From sequence record MF547663.1: a stretch of DNA of 64,000 bases; one strand, written 5' to 3'. The stretch is from Clostridioides phage LIBA2945. The translations under genes and the position numbers were made by a program. Of the stretch, positions 19,371 through 30,061 are shown piece after piece; position 1 is the stretch's first letter; the number at the start of each line of letters is the position of its first letter. The notes under the pieces are model-generated. The model worked only from the letters and a program-made list of their open reading frames with translations. It ran no database searches and was not told the DNA's origin.

Positions 19371-20036
19371 TTACATCATTAATTCTTTATATTTTGGTAA
19401 TGTTTTAAAGAAATCACATAAAATCCTCCATTCTTCCATTTTATGATTTTCTCTTTGATTTATCATAGATTTTATTTGTAGATAATTTAATGTAACTCTT
19501 GCAGTTAACATTAATCCTGATGGGCAATTTGATATTATAATTTTCCAAAGAGTTTCCTTTGTGGCTCTAATATTTTCTCCATTTCTAAGAGTGACTTCAT
19601 CAGATGCGGTTAATTTTAATTCCTGAAAATTATTATAATCGTAAATCAATTCATTCAGGAAGTTTATTGTATTTTTAACAACATACTTATTACACATATC
19701 ATCAATATTAAATTTGGTTAATCTGTGCATTTTACTTTGACTAGATACATAGTCATTATGATGATATCTATCCCACTGTCTCCACATATATTCTGACCAT
19801 TGCAAATCCATTTGGACAATAATTCCTTTAGAGAAGCAATCATGGCCTGAACCTTGTTTTGATTTGCCTAATTGACATGCTCGTTGTAAATCTTTTTCTG
19901 AAATATTTACTTCTCTCATATCTTTAATCTGTTGCTGCATAGGATAACCACTCGAAATTATACTTTCTTTAATTCCATAAACACACACATTTGATACATC
20001 AATAATTCCTGGTATTTTTATTCCATTTACTTTCAA
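19371..20036 (-). CDS. ThyX-like (Thy1 family) protein, divergent
   Basis: SGHDCFSKGI and WRQWDRYHHNDYVSSQSKM resemble the ThyX GHxSxxEH and RHRxxSxxQxSxRY motifs, but the RHR triad reads RYH. Confidence 0.4.
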   Translation of the reverse strand: MKVNGIKIPGIIDVSNVCVYGIKESIISSGYPMQQQIKDMREVNISEKDLQRACQLGKSKQGSGHDCFSKGIIVQMDLQWSEYMWRQWDRYHHNDYVSSQSKMHRLTKFNIDDMCNKYVVKNTINFLNELIYDYNNFQELKLTASDEVTLRNGENIRATKETLWKIIISNCPSGLMLTARVTLNYLQIKSMINQRENHKMEEWRILCDFFKTLPKYKELMM

Positions 20037-20047
20037 TTTATCAACTC

Positions 20048-20620
20048 CTAACCTTCCACAATAATATAACCTTCTTTATAATGTCTTCCCATATTGTTCA
20101 CCCTTTTATAATACTTATAATCACTCTCCCCTTTTATTCTTGGCACAAATACATCTATTGCATTAGAATTTCCAAAATATTTATTAGAACCTCTGTCTTT
20201 GACTACCTTTAAATTTCCATCAACTAATATTTTAGTTCCGAATTTAAGATGATTATTGGCCACAAACCCATATTGTAATTTTTCTCCTGTAGCTGTAATA
20301 GCTCCATATTTACTATTTTCACAGTTTAAAGAAGTATAGTAACTTACTTCCCATGTTACAGGAATTAATTTTTCTATTTTTATTCCTAAGTCCTTTTCTA
20401 AATTAATTCTCTTGATTTCTAATTTATATTCAGAACTATTTTTGTGTTGCTCCCACTCATATTTATACATTAAGTTAATATTTTTAGCTGTATCTGCTAC
20501 AATATTTTTATCCATCCTGCTAGTACTCATTTCTTTAGTATTAGCAAATATATGTATGCTACTACCCATTACTAAAACACTTGTTACTAATATATTTCTC
20601 CACCTCATAAAGACCTCCAA
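20048..20620 (-). CDS. secreted 3D-domain protein (cell-wall binding or lytic-transglycosylase-like)
   Basis: signal-peptide-like N-terminus; C-terminal GAITATGEKL..FGTKILVDG..DRGSNKYFGNSNAIDVFV follows the 3D-domain pattern. Confidence 0.5.
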   Translation of the reverse strand: MEVFMRWRNILVTSVLVMGSSIHIFANTKEMSTSRMDKNIVADTAKNINLMYKYEWEQHKNSSEYKLEIKRINLEKDLGIKIEKLIPVTWEVSYYTSLNCENSKYGAITATGEKLQYGFVANNHLKFGTKILVDGNLKVVKDRGSNKYFGNSNAIDVFVPRIKGESDYKYYKRVNNMGRHYKEGYIIVEG

Positions 20621-20639
20621 TCATATTAAAATGATAAAT

Positions 20640-21065
20640 TTATTTATTATTTATTTCATCTAATACTAAATTTACTTGTTTCTTTGCTTTTTTAACTTCA
20701 ATTCTTGCCAGACATAACTTAATACCTTTATTTAAATTAAATTCATCTGTATCATGGCAAGTAGAGGATGCTTTAAAATTTCCTTTTCTAACTTCTACTT
20801 TTTTCCCATTTGTTCTATATAGATATGCTCCAGAGAAATCTCCTCTTATAGACCATGCACCCCATTCATATTTTTTCTTTTGTTGAACAATTTCAAAATA
20901 TGCTTCAAATTCACTATAGTTCATAAAACCTATTCCATAATCTGTTTTAAAATGTATAGCTCCATTATTTCCCACAGATGTAATAATAAATATATCTCCT
21001 ATTTTTAACATCTCAAAACCTTGTATTTCTTTCATTAATCTTATTTTAGTTCCTTCTATTAACAT
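20640..21065 (-). CDS. hypothetical protein
   Basis: co-oriented packed ORF. Confidence 0.3.
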   Translation of the reverse strand: MLIEGTKIRLMKEIQGFEMLKIGDIFIITSVGNNGAIHFKTDYGIGFMNYSEFEAYFEIVQQKKKYEWGAWSIRGDFSGAYLYRTNGKKVEVRKGNFKASSTCHDTDEFNLNKGIKLCLARIEVKKAKKQVNLVLDEINNK

Positions 21066-22180
21066 ATTTTCTTCATCCTTTCTATTCTATTATTATATTT
21101 ATCAATTGCTTCTTGCTCTCTTTCATTGACATCTCTATTATATTTACCTTTAGCTTGGACTATTTTGCCATTTCTAACTTCAATTGTTACTAAACTTTTA
21201 CTTGGATTATCCTTTTTTCTCATAAATAATATATGACATTTTCCATCTATAACATTTTGAATATAACTACTTACACAATTATTTTGTTGTACTGCTTCAT
21301 CTTTAATTTCATTTGTATTTTTAGGGTATATAAATTTATAATCTTGATATGAATATTCTAGTGACTTGTCTATTCTTTTATTAAATACTTCTTCTTCAAA
21401 TTGAGTTTTAAGACGATTATAATTTCGAGATGCTATTTTATGAGTTGTTAAGAAATGTCTTGGATATTTTTCATATTTATCACTTATTACACTCATCATA
21501 ACAACATAGTCATATAATTCGTTTAGAGTGCTTTCAAGCCCATTTAATGCTTCATATGTCATCAGATTATCTATATAATTTATAAGTGATTGAGGTTTAT
21601 ATTTATATATGTCTATTAATCTATCAAATATCATTCTATCATAACCAGAATCAAGAATTGAAATTAAATTAGTTTTTCTTATTGAATTCAATTCTAAGCT
21701 TAATAAATTATTATATAAATTTGGGTTTTTACTATACCCTTGTATCAATCGGTCACTCAAAGTAATACTATGATTCCTACAGATAGAAATAAGACCTTTA
21801 GGTATACTCTTAATATCACAATGTATCGGATAAATTATTTTTTTTAATCCTGCTGAGAATAATTGTTCATACTCAGAATAATTATTTATTTCATTTAAAA
21901 AACTTCCTATATTTCTTATTCTTTCAACTCTCCTTCCCCAAGTTCTGCTACTCTTACTTCTATTTACTCTTCCGTCTACAAAATTTAAAAAACACTTATA
22001 ATTTTCATCTTCAAAAGAATTTATTACCTCATGTAAATCATATCCTCTAAGCTGAGTGCATACATCTTTTACAATCCTTCCAGATTTACCAATACATTCT
22101 CCTGTTGCTAAATTATATTTTACATTCTTCCCATCTTCAAATTCAAATACTAAAAACTGTTTTTCTTTATAAGATTTCAA
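21059..22180 (-). CDS. PcfJ-like protein
   Basis: C-terminal AVQQNNCVSSYIQNVIDGKCHILFMRKKDNPSKSLVTIEVRNGKIVQAKGKYNRD follows the PcfJ-like domain pattern. Confidence 0.5.
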   Translation of the reverse strand: MKSYKEKQFLVFEFEDGKNVKYNLATGECIGKSGRIVKDVCTQLRGYDLHEVINSFEDENYKCFLNFVDGRVNRSKSSRTWGRRVERIRNIGSFLNEINNYSEYEQLFSAGLKKIIYPIHCDIKSIPKGLISICRNHSITLSDRLIQGYSKNPNLYNNLLSLELNSIRKTNLISILDSGYDRMIFDRLIDIYKYKPQSLINYIDNLMTYEALNGLESTLNELYDYVVMMSVISDKYEKYPRHFLTTHKIASRNYNRLKTQFEEEVFNKRIDKSLEYSYQDYKFIYPKNTNEIKDEAVQQNNCVSSYIQNVIDGKCHILFMRKKDNPSKSLVTIEVRNGKIVQAKGKYNRDVNEREQEAIDKYNNRIERMKKIC

Positions 22181-22258
22181 ATATTAATCACTACCTCCTT
22201 TACATCTTGATGACAATTGTATGACATAAGTTATTTTTCCACCTATGTAATAATCATT

Positions 22259-22567
22259 TTAGATTTTTTTAGAATTTATATATTTTTCTTTTAAACCTTT
22301 ATTACCTCTTGTTTCCATAATTTTATTTATAGATTTTATATAGTTTATATCATTAGAAATTCTCTTAAGACTTGTTATAAAGTAGACAGAATAGCTTCTT
22401 GGTATCTTCTTTTTGATAGCTAAATCAATTACTGTTCTAGCAGCATTGTAACTTTTTAAATGAGTATGCCCTTCTTCAAATTTTTTATTTGTATTATAAA
22501 CAATATATCCAGTTTTACATTTGATAATAATATATTCTTTTTTCTCATATATTTTATTTGTATCCAT
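22259..22567 (-). CDS. hypothetical protein
   Basis: co-oriented packed ORF. Confidence 0.3.
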   Translation of the reverse strand: MDTNKIYEKKEYIIIKCKTGYIVYNTNKKFEEGHTHLKSYNAARTVIDLAIKKKIPRSYSVYFITSLKRISNDINYIKSINKIMETRGNKGLKEKYINSKKI

Positions 22568-22818
22568 TACAAATCCTCAATTTTATGCCATATCATTTCT
22601 AACTTTCCATGTTTTCTATTTAGCCTTCTTCTAATTTCATATGCAGATTTAATTTCTTCTTTTACATTTTGCCACTTATCTAAAACTTCTTCATATTCTT
22701 TATTCTCTTCTTTTAAAAATAGTATTTCTTCATTCAATTCACTAATTTTGATATTTAACTCTCTGTTCTTTTCTAATAAATTATAATATCTTTGTTCATC
22801 TATAAGTATTGAAATCAC
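22567..22818 (-). CDS. hypothetical coiled-coil protein
   Basis: co-oriented ORF with a heptad-rich segment. Confidence 0.3.
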   Translation of the reverse strand: MISILIDEQRYYNLLEKNRELNIKISELNEEILFLKEENKEYEEVLDKWQNVKEEIKSAYEIRRRLNRKHGKLEMIWHKIEDL

Positions 22819-22940
22819 TACCTTTCACAAACTTCGTATATGCCATTTTAAGCAATAAAGGTATAAACACAAGCAGTCATTTTTACAAAACCTTAGAATG
22901 TCATATACGAGACCATGTTTTTTAATTTAAAACTGACATT

Positions 22941-23150
22941 TTATAGTTTATATTTTCCATCATCCCTTGGATATAGAAATTTTATATCTTTAAGGTCTAA
23001 ACCATTTCTCTCGTAATAATTCTTTGCTCTTATACATTCTCCTGGCGACACTCCATATAATTTAATTAAATCTCTAAAATTTATAAAATGTTTTTGGCCA
23101 TCATTTTTTGATGTAATCTCCCATTCAAATACAACGTATTTAACTTTCAC
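22941..23150 (-). CDS. hypothetical protein
   Basis: co-oriented ORF. Confidence 0.25.
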   Translation of the reverse strand: MKVKYVVFEWEITSKNDGQKHFINFRDLIKLYGVSPGECIRAKNYYERNGLDLKDIKFLYPRDDGKYKL

Positions 23151-23164
23151 TTTACACCTCTATT

Positions 23165-23767
23165 TCATTGACTTATTAATACTTTTAACTGAGAAAATTT
23201 TGGATTATACCCCTTCTGCCATACAAAATGAGCATATTCTATGCTATCTGTCTTTTTATCATCTGTAAAACTCATTCTTTTGTTGTGAACAAATATGTAT
23301 TTAGGCATATTATTTCCCCACAGTCTTTGTCTTACTTTTTCTCCAAGATAATTTAATCTTAGCAACATAATAACGAAACCACCTTCTCTTACATCATTTA
23401 AAGCTTTATTAATTATATCCAAGCTTAAATTAAAGGGAGGATTAGTAATAATTACATCGTATTTTTCTTTGGGCTGAAACTTTAAATAATCTTGCTTTAC
23501 ATTTGCCCTTGAATCATCTCTTATATCTACTGTATCTATTGAAATATCTTGATTTAAAAATTCTTGAATTGCAGTTGGATAACTCATTAGATTTGTATTA
23601 TCTCCACCTGCACATGGGTCTAATATTTTTATATTTGAATTGAGTATATTTTCATATCTACTGAACTCAGTTAAAAACTCTTTGATTTTAGTAATTGGAG
23701 TTCTATAATAATCACTTACATGAAAATCTCTAGCATTACTTCTATTTGTACTACTTATAAATATCAC
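23165..23767 (-). CDS. DNA N6-adenine methyltransferase (small orphan MTase)
   Basis: DPCAGGDNTN (SAM-binding motif I) and ITNPPFN (motif IV NPPF); no adjacent restriction endonuclease. Confidence 0.7.
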   Translation of the reverse strand: MIFISSTNRSNARDFHVSDYYRTPITKIKEFLTEFSRYENILNSNIKILDPCAGGDNTNLMSYPTAIQEFLNQDISIDTVDIRDDSRANVKQDYLKFQPKEKYDVIITNPPFNLSLDIINKALNDVREGGFVIMLLRLNYLGEKVRQRLWGNNMPKYIFVHNKRMSFTDDKKTDSIEYAHFVWQKGYNPKFSQLKVLISQ

Positions 23768-23856
23768 CTCTACTTATTTACCACTTTATCTATTGTTTTG
23801 TTTACTAATATTTCATTTATAGTAGCAACAACAAATATAAGTATATCCTCAATATT

Positions 23857-24183
23857 TTAATCTTGTTTTCCAAAATATTCTTCTAGTGCCTTTATAAATA
23901 AATGCTCTTTATTTTTAGCATTTTTTATTATGTTTTTAATATCTTCTACAGTACAAACATATTCGTCGCCCCACGAATCCCATCCATTTTGATATGTATG
24001 GATTAAAATATATCCATATTCTTTTAACTTCTCATCTATCTCTACTAAATTATATTGAGCATCATATAGTCTATATTGGTCGAATTGATTTACATCTTTA
24101 CTGTGATTCATTGATATAGCACATATAATGTTATAATTTTTTATCTCAAATTTTTCGTTTTCTAATACATTTACTTTTCTCAT
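23857..24183 (-). CDS. hypothetical protein
   Basis: co-oriented ORF. Confidence 0.3.
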   Translation of the reverse strand: MRKVNVLENEKFEIKNYNIICAISMNHSKDVNQFDQYRLYDAQYNLVEIDEKLKEYGYILIHTYQNGWDSWGDEYVCTVEDIKNIIKNAKNKEHLFIKALEEYFGKQD

Positions 24184-24361
24184 ATATGTATCTCCTTAAA
24201 ATAATACTTTTAATCTAAGTCATTATTCAATAATAATAATGCTATAAGACAAAATCCATTAAGTAGTATCCCATTAGTATTATCTTGCAAGTAATTAGCT
24301 ACCATACAACCTAAATTAAAAATTGCAGCAATATTTAAAATCAAATTAATACTCCTTTCTT

Positions 24362-24529
24362 TTATTCTTTTTTGTCAATATATATACTACTTGATGGTAT
24401 AAGAATCCAGATTAGCAACCATGCTAAGGTATTGATTGGATATGTTGTATCTAAGAATTGAAATTGTGGGAAGTTTAAAATATCTACTACCCAAATTATT
24501 ATAAGAATTGTTTTTAAGACTTTAAACAT
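24362..24529 (-). CDS. small membrane protein (55 aa)
   Basis: AGGAGAG SD; MFKVLKTILIIIWVVDIL..LAWLLIWILIP hydrophobic helices; below ORF-track cut-off. Confidence 0.3.
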   Translation of the reverse strand: MFKVLKTILIIIWVVDILNFPQFQFLDTTYPINTLAWLLIWILIPSSSIYIDKKE

Positions 24530-24540
24530 TTAACTCTCCT

Positions 24541-24825
24541 TTATTTATTAGATGAATTTTCTTCTATTACTACATGAGCATTACATATAATCACCCTTTT
24601 ACCATCAAAATCTAGTGTTATAGTACCACCATCTCCATCTTTAACTCTCATGCTTTTACTTGTATATGTTTTTAATACCTCGCCATTATCTGAATATACA
24701 TTTACAGTTCTATTAAGCCCTGATACATCACTTTCAGCATCTTTCATTGAGCTTTGTATCCCTGTACATCCAGACATTCCTATTAACATTGTTCCTAATA
24801 CCCCTATTAATAAAAATCTTTTCAA
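24541..24825 (-). CDS. lipoprotein
   Basis: MKRFLLIGVLGTMLIGMSGC is a signal peptide with a lipobox cysteine. Confidence 0.5.
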   Translation of the reverse strand: MKRFLLIGVLGTMLIGMSGCTGIQSSMKDAESDVSGLNRTVNVYSDNGEVLKTYTSKSMRVKDGDGGTITLDFDGKRVIICNAHVVIEENSSNK

Positions 24826-24924
24826 TATAATTTCACTCCTTTATTTTTAATTGAATTGTAAATAAGAATATATATTTAGAATTTTTGAATTGGTTAAATG
24901 AATTTCTTAGAATTGAAATTTTGA

Positions 24925-25320
24925 TTAATCATTTACAACATTATATTTATCATCTTCTCTCCATCCAAAATTATATGGTTTTATAATATTACATATTATA
25001 TCTTTGCATAAACACATATAGTCTTCAATACTATCTTCAGAGTCACTATCTTGTATATTTATTAATGTATCACAGCCACTACAGCTTCCATAACCAACAT
25101 ATGTCATAAGATATTCATATTCATTAGGTTGGTATGTTTTTTTAGGTATTAAATATAATAAAGTACCTTGATAATGTCCATTATCTATTTCACTTATATT
25201 GTCGACATCCCACTCATCATCTTCATTTATATTGTCATTCAAAATATGTTTTACAGATAATTTAACCAAATCTTCATAGCTACAGTAACTATCACGATTA
25301 ATGAAATCAGACTCTAACAA
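24925..25320 (-). CDS. hypothetical protein
   Basis: co-oriented ORF. Confidence 0.3.
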   Translation of the reverse strand: MLESDFINRDSYCSYEDLVKLSVKHILNDNINEDDEWDVDNISEIDNGHYQGTLLYLIPKKTYQPNEYEYLMTYVGYGSCSGCDTLINIQDSDSEDSIEDYMCLCKDIICNIIKPYNFGWREDDKYNVVND

Positions 25321-25389
25321 TGCTTCATGTAATCTTGTTTTATTTTTTTATCCACTTTTCTTTACAATATTTTATCATTTAGCTCTCCT

Positions 25390-25740
25390 TTAAATATTAT
25401 TTAGATTTTCTATTTGAATTGTTCCAGTAGCACAATCTATATGTTGCCCAAGAATAGATGTTAAGCAACAATCTATATCATCTACTACTATTTTTATATG
25501 AGGGTCTATTTTTAAAGATATTCCATTTATGGCTTTTGTATCATATATTTTACTTCCATTAAACATGTATTCTTTAAAGGTTCTTGGGTTTATTATATCT
25601 AAATTCATTGTTTTTGCTAAACTAATTATGTAATTTTTATTAGCAATAGAATGACATAATATAAGTGCATTATTTTCATAAGCATACTTTATTAATGCAG
25701 TAGTTTTCCCACTACTTCTGTTTCCATTTATTAATTTCAT
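25390..25740 (-). CDS. small P-loop NTPase
   Basis: Walker A GNRSSGKTT; Walker-B-like IVVDDID. Confidence 0.4.
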   Translation of the reverse strand: MKLINGNRSSGKTTALIKYAYENNALILCHSIANKNYIISLAKTMNLDIINPRTFKEYMFNGSKIYDTKAINGISLKIDPHIKIVVDDIDCCLTSILGQHIDCATGTIQIENLNNI

Positions 25741-25765
25741 AATTATTTTTCTCCTATTAAAATAT

Positions 25766-25948
25766 TTATTTTAATTCTATTACTACCTTGTCACCTTCAT
25801 CATTAGTTACAGTTAATTCATATCTTAATTTTATCCAATCTTGAATGCCTCTAAGTATACCATCCTCATCAAAAAATGTTACATACTTTAAGTCGCTTGA
25901 TGGATGCTCCTTATTAGTCCTCATATCATAAGCCATTGTCTTAATCAT
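25766..25948 (-). CDS. hypothetical protein
   Basis: co-oriented ORF. Confidence 0.25.
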   Translation of the reverse strand: MIKTMAYDMRTNKEHPSSDLKYVTFFDEDGILRGIQDWIKLRYELTVTNDEGDKVVIELK

Positions 25949-26162
25949 TAGTACCTCCTTTAAATTTAACTTCCTCCTGATTTAACAATTCTTTTAGCAA
26001 TTTATTATATAGTTCTCTACTTATATACTTAAATTCTGGTTTCCCTCCTATTTGCCTAAGACCTATACTATAACTATCTGTTTTTATATCATTAACTAAC
26101 GTAACTTGTAAGTTACCATTTTTTAATATAACATTTCTTTCAAAATCCATAGCTCCCTCCAA
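25941..26162 (-). CDS. hypothetical protein
   Basis: co-oriented ORF. Confidence 0.25.
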   Translation of the reverse strand: MEGAMDFERNVILKNGNLQVTLVNDIKTDSYSIGLRQIGGKPEFKYISRELYNKLLKELLNQEEVKFKGGTND

Positions 26163-26370
26163 TTAAATATTATTTTACTCTTTCATTATACTTACCTCTT
26201 AGGTAATGTAAATCTTTCCATGCCCTATCAAACTTACTATCTCTTTTAAATATGTATTTTCCTTCTTCATTTTTTGTATATTCAAATCCTAACCAGACTA
26301 AAAAATCAGCAACATTTCTATAATTAACAATTCTTGTCTTTTCCATTTTATAATTCTTCCTCCAATTTGT

Positions 26371-26601
26371 TTATTCTGCATCATATATTTTCATATCAAT
26401 TTTATTTGTCTTAGGATGTACTTTTTCAAAATCTGTATCTATTTCAAATTTAGGTCTAAAATCACCATCTCCATCTGAGTAAATACCTACTATTTTACTA
26501 GAACCTACATCTCCTAAATTTTCCATCATTTTAAGCATAGAACAAAAATCATTAATCCATCTTTCTTCCATTTTAATTTTTATTGTTATTTCTTTTTCCA
26601 T
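26371..26601 (-). CDS. hypothetical protein
   Basis: co-oriented ORF. Confidence 0.25.
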   Translation of the reverse strand: MEKEITIKIKMEERWINDFCSMLKMMENLGDVGSSKIVGIYSDGDGDFRPKFEIDTDFEKVHPKTNKIDMKIYDAE

Positions 26602-26618
26602 AATATACTCCTTCTTTT

Positions 26619-26981
26619 TTAAAAACGTTTCTTTCTATATGATTTAATGTTTAATCCATAATATTCATCAACTGTAGTTATGCTTTTATAATCATCTCTA
26701 TTTTTTACTTCATTTAATAATTCAATTATAGTTGACATATCCTTATATGTTAATTTAGAGTTTATATTCCAATCATGAAATAAGTTATTTATAGATTCAA
26801 TATGCATGTTTCGTATATCTATTGTATCTCTTCTTTTATTTTCTTCAATTATCTCAATTATTTTAGCAGTACATTTTTCGCATACTGGAGTAGAAACAAA
26901 TAACTTATCATATACATCACATTTATTACTATTTGTTTTACAAAATGCACATTCTTCCCATTCTTCACTATAATGTCCCAT
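26619..26981 (-). CDS. hypothetical zinc-ribbon protein
   Basis: CAFCKTNSNKC..CEKCTAKI cysteine pairs. Confidence 0.3.
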   Translation of the reverse strand: MGHYSEEWEECAFCKTNSNKCDVYDKLFVSTPVCEKCTAKIIEIIEENKRRDTIDIRNMHIESINNLFHDWNINSKLTYKDMSTIIELLNEVKNRDDYKSITTVDEYYGLNIKSYRKKRF

Positions 26982-27717
26982 TTAATCATCTCCTTAATTA
27001 TTTTTTATATTCCCATTCATCAAATTCTTCTTTATCTTCATAAGCACACATTTCTGACCAACCACAATCACAATGTAGTGGTTCATAGCAAAATCCTACG
27101 CCTACATCTATACCATCTGCATAAGCAATCCCTCCACATCTAAAACTCATACACATCACTCCTTCTTAATTTTATTTAAATCTTTGAATCTTAATATCTT
27201 GTCTTAGATGTTCTACCATATTGACTATTTCTTTTTCTGAATATTCCTTTCCATATATTGTATCCATATAAAATTGAAATTGCTCTTTGTCATAATGAAC
27301 AAATCCTATCATATACATTATTAAACCTATCTGACTATCATCTAATCTCATAATTACTCCTATATAACAAAATCTTAATTCTAATCATTTATATAATTAA
27401 ATTATATTTTAATATTTTTTGTCATATACAATTCCCACCTCCACCATATATTTCTTTTATTTCACTTATTTTCACTCAATATATATACTCTTTCATATTG
27501 TCCTCATTTCTTTATTATTGTAATATCATTTAAATCGATTTTACATGTATTTAAACTCTTCATATAAGAAACTATAGGTTCTACTATATTCTCAATGTCT
27601 TCATATTAGACTCTAACTATATCGCAATTATCATTTTCTTCATTATCTATAAATTCAACATAAATTAATTAGGCATATCTTTTTTTATCCTTTTGATTTT
27701 ATTTAAATAACAAGATT

Positions 27718-28971
27718 CTAATTGCTTTTAAAATTATAAATTGGCTTTAACACCTCCATTATCTCAATAGTATCTCCTATATTGTTTAAGATGTCCTCTA
27801 TAGGTTTGTATGCTTGTGGTGCTTCATCTAGTGTTGATTGACCTACGCAAGTTGTAAATATTTCTTTCATAGATTCTTCAAATTCATCTAAAGATATTTT
27901 TTCTTTAGCTTTTCCTCTTGATAAAATTCTTCCTGCTCCATGTGGTGCTGAATAATTCCACTCAGAATTACCTTTACCTTTTCCTAATATAATCCCATCT
28001 CTCATGTTTACTGGAATTATTACTGTTTCATCTTTATTTGCAGAAATTGCTCCTTTTCTAAGTATTTTACTATCCATATCTATATAGTTATGAATACATT
28101 CTATAACATCACATTTAATATCTCTTATAAAATGGTCATAATTTACATCTAGGCTGTTATATTTAAACAATATATCCGCAATTATAACCATTCTATTTGC
28201 AACAGCGTATTTTTGAGCTATACTCATATCATGTAAATAATCTTCCATTAAATCATTTTCTAAATAACATAAATCATCATGTGGCTTATTCAATTTTCTA
28301 TCACTAAGGTCTTTCAAATATTTATTTATCAAATGTTCTTTATTGTCTTTTTTTAGAGTAGATATTAAAAACTCTTTTGCATCATCATATGACTTTTTAT
28401 ATTTTTCAATACAATATTTTATAGCTTTGTCTTGGTAATAATCAGCTATTTGTTTTCCTAAATTTCTTGAACCTGTATGAACAGTAAGATACATTTGACC
28501 TTTTTCACTTTTATCAACTTCTATAAAGTGATTGCCTCCACCTAAAGTTCCTAACGACATATATGCTCTATTTTTATTCACCTCGCATCTAAGATTATTT
28601 ATGTCTATATTAAATAAATTCTTTAATAGTTTTTCTCTTGACTTATTATGTATTTTAAATCCATGAGGAATATAATCTCTTATAATCTTATCTAATTTTG
28701 TATAATTTATATTATTAATATATTTTTCTAATGGAATAGTAGCCATTCCACAACCTATATCCACCCCTACCAGATTTGGCACTACTTTATTACTTATAGT
28801 CATTGTCGTTCCTATTGTACATCCTTTACCAGCATGACAATCAGGCATAATTCTTATACTAGATTCTTTAAATTCCTTTTGATTACATAAATTTATTATT
28901 TGACTTATTGTTGTACTATCTACATTATCTGTAAATATTTTTGCTTTATTATATTTTCCTTTAATTTCCAT
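27718..28971 (-). CDS. rtcB: RtcB-family RNA ligase (3'-phosphate/5'-hydroxyl RNA-splicing ligase)
   Basis: PDCHAGKGCTIG, DIGCGM, GGGNHFIEV, HNYI, RKGA and APHGAGR motifs all present. Confidence 0.85.
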   Translation of the reverse strand: MEIKGKYNKAKIFTDNVDSTTISQIINLCNQKEFKESSIRIMPDCHAGKGCTIGTTMTISNKVVPNLVGVDIGCGMATIPLEKYINNINYTKLDKIIRDYIPHGFKIHNKSREKLLKNLFNIDINNLRCEVNKNRAYMSLGTLGGGNHFIEVDKSEKGQMYLTVHTGSRNLGKQIADYYQDKAIKYCIEKYKKSYDDAKEFLISTLKKDNKEHLINKYLKDLSDRKLNKPHDDLCYLENDLMEDYLHDMSIAQKYAVANRMVIIADILFKYNSLDVNYDHFIRDIKCDVIECIHNYIDMDSKILRKGAISANKDETVIIPVNMRDGIILGKGKGNSEWNYSAPHGAGRILSRGKAKEKISLDEFEESMKEIFTTCVGQSTLDEAPQAYKPIEDILNNIGDTIEIMEVLKPIYNFKSN

Positions 28972-29023
28972 TTATTCTCCTTCCAATCCTTTTTTAACAT
29001 ATCTACACTCCTTTAATAATCTT

Positions 29024-29455
29024 TTAAGATATCTCGACCCCCTTTAAAATAAATTCGGATTTATCATCGCTTAAACTAATGTACCAATTATCATATTTCT
29101 CTTTAATATGACAATTGTCATACCATAGTATTTTTCCTATAACTTGGTTATCTACTATTGCTACATCCATTATAATTCCTACAACTTCATCTTTATAAAA
29201 ATCATTTACTCTATCAGCATCTCTATAATCTGATAATTCTTGATTTGGATTATATATAACTGGTGCATTTTTAAAAGTATGTATAGATTTTTCAACCATA
29301 GCTTTAGTTATTTCTATATTATGGCCTTTGGATATATCCATAACAATCATATTTGTGCTTACATAATTAGTATTAATATTCATCATATTCTCCTTTTTAA
29401 TTTTATTTAAATAGTAAAACTCCATGAAAAGGCTTATATTCTTTTTTATATACAT
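29024..29455 (-). CDS. hypothetical protein
   Basis: co-oriented ORF. Confidence 0.3.
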   Translation of the reverse strand: MYIKKNISLFMEFYYLNKIKKENMMNINTNYVSTNMIVMDISKGHNIEITKAMVEKSIHTFKNAPVIYNPNQELSDYRDADRVNDFYKDEVVGIIMDVAIVDNQVIGKILWYDNCHIKEKYDNWYISLSDDKSEFILKGVEIS

Positions 29456-29870
29456 TCATAAAAAGTAAGACTAGTTTTATTTGCTCTGTAATGAAATTTT
29501 GGATAGTTTTATTTGAAGTGTTTACATCTACTATTACACATTCACCCCTGTACCCTCTCAACTCCTGATAATTTATATCCCTATCAAATATTAAAAATTT
29601 TATTAATCTATCTGTGTTAAGAACTTTTAACTCTATTTCTATATTGTGTTTGATTCTATTTCTATGCTTTATTAGAGTATATTTATTTTTTATAGCTGCT
29701 CTTATTAATTCTTTGTAGACAAGTTGTTTGTTTGTAGTAAAAATTATTATTGTTTCTCCTTGTTTAATATCATCTTCATGAGTTTCGTTAGAAAAACTAT
29801 TTATCAATGTATCATAAATATTTTCATTGTTGTATTTGAATATTTCTTTATTTATTATCATATCAAACAT
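29403..29870 (-). CDS. hypothetical protein
   Basis: co-oriented ORF. Confidence 0.3.
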   Translation of the reverse strand: MFDMIINKEIFKYNNENIYDTLINSFSNETHEDDIKQGETIIIFTTNKQLVYKELIRAAIKNKYTLIKHRNRIKHNIEIELKVLNTDRLIKFLIFDRDINYQELRGYRGECVIVDVNTSNKTIQNFITEQIKLVLLFMNVYKKEYKPFHGVLLFK

Positions 29871-30061
29871 GTTTTATCTAAGCTCCTTTCTTGTAAAATC
29901 TAAACTATTTATTCTTGTCAAATTTACCATCAATAGCTATTTCTCACTTTTTCATTTCAAATTATAATACTATAAAAATAACTCCTAGTATTATAATTTC
30001 ATATTAATAATATAAGTCAATTTACACTTATATTATTAATGTGCTCATTTTTAATTAAATC

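Noticed and set aside
27360-27717. Gene-free ~350-bp stretch upstream of rtcB as a possible ncRNA or pseudogene
   Set aside because: It has only very short interrupted reading frames and no repeats, hairpins or conserved motif copies, so there is nothing specific to support a call.
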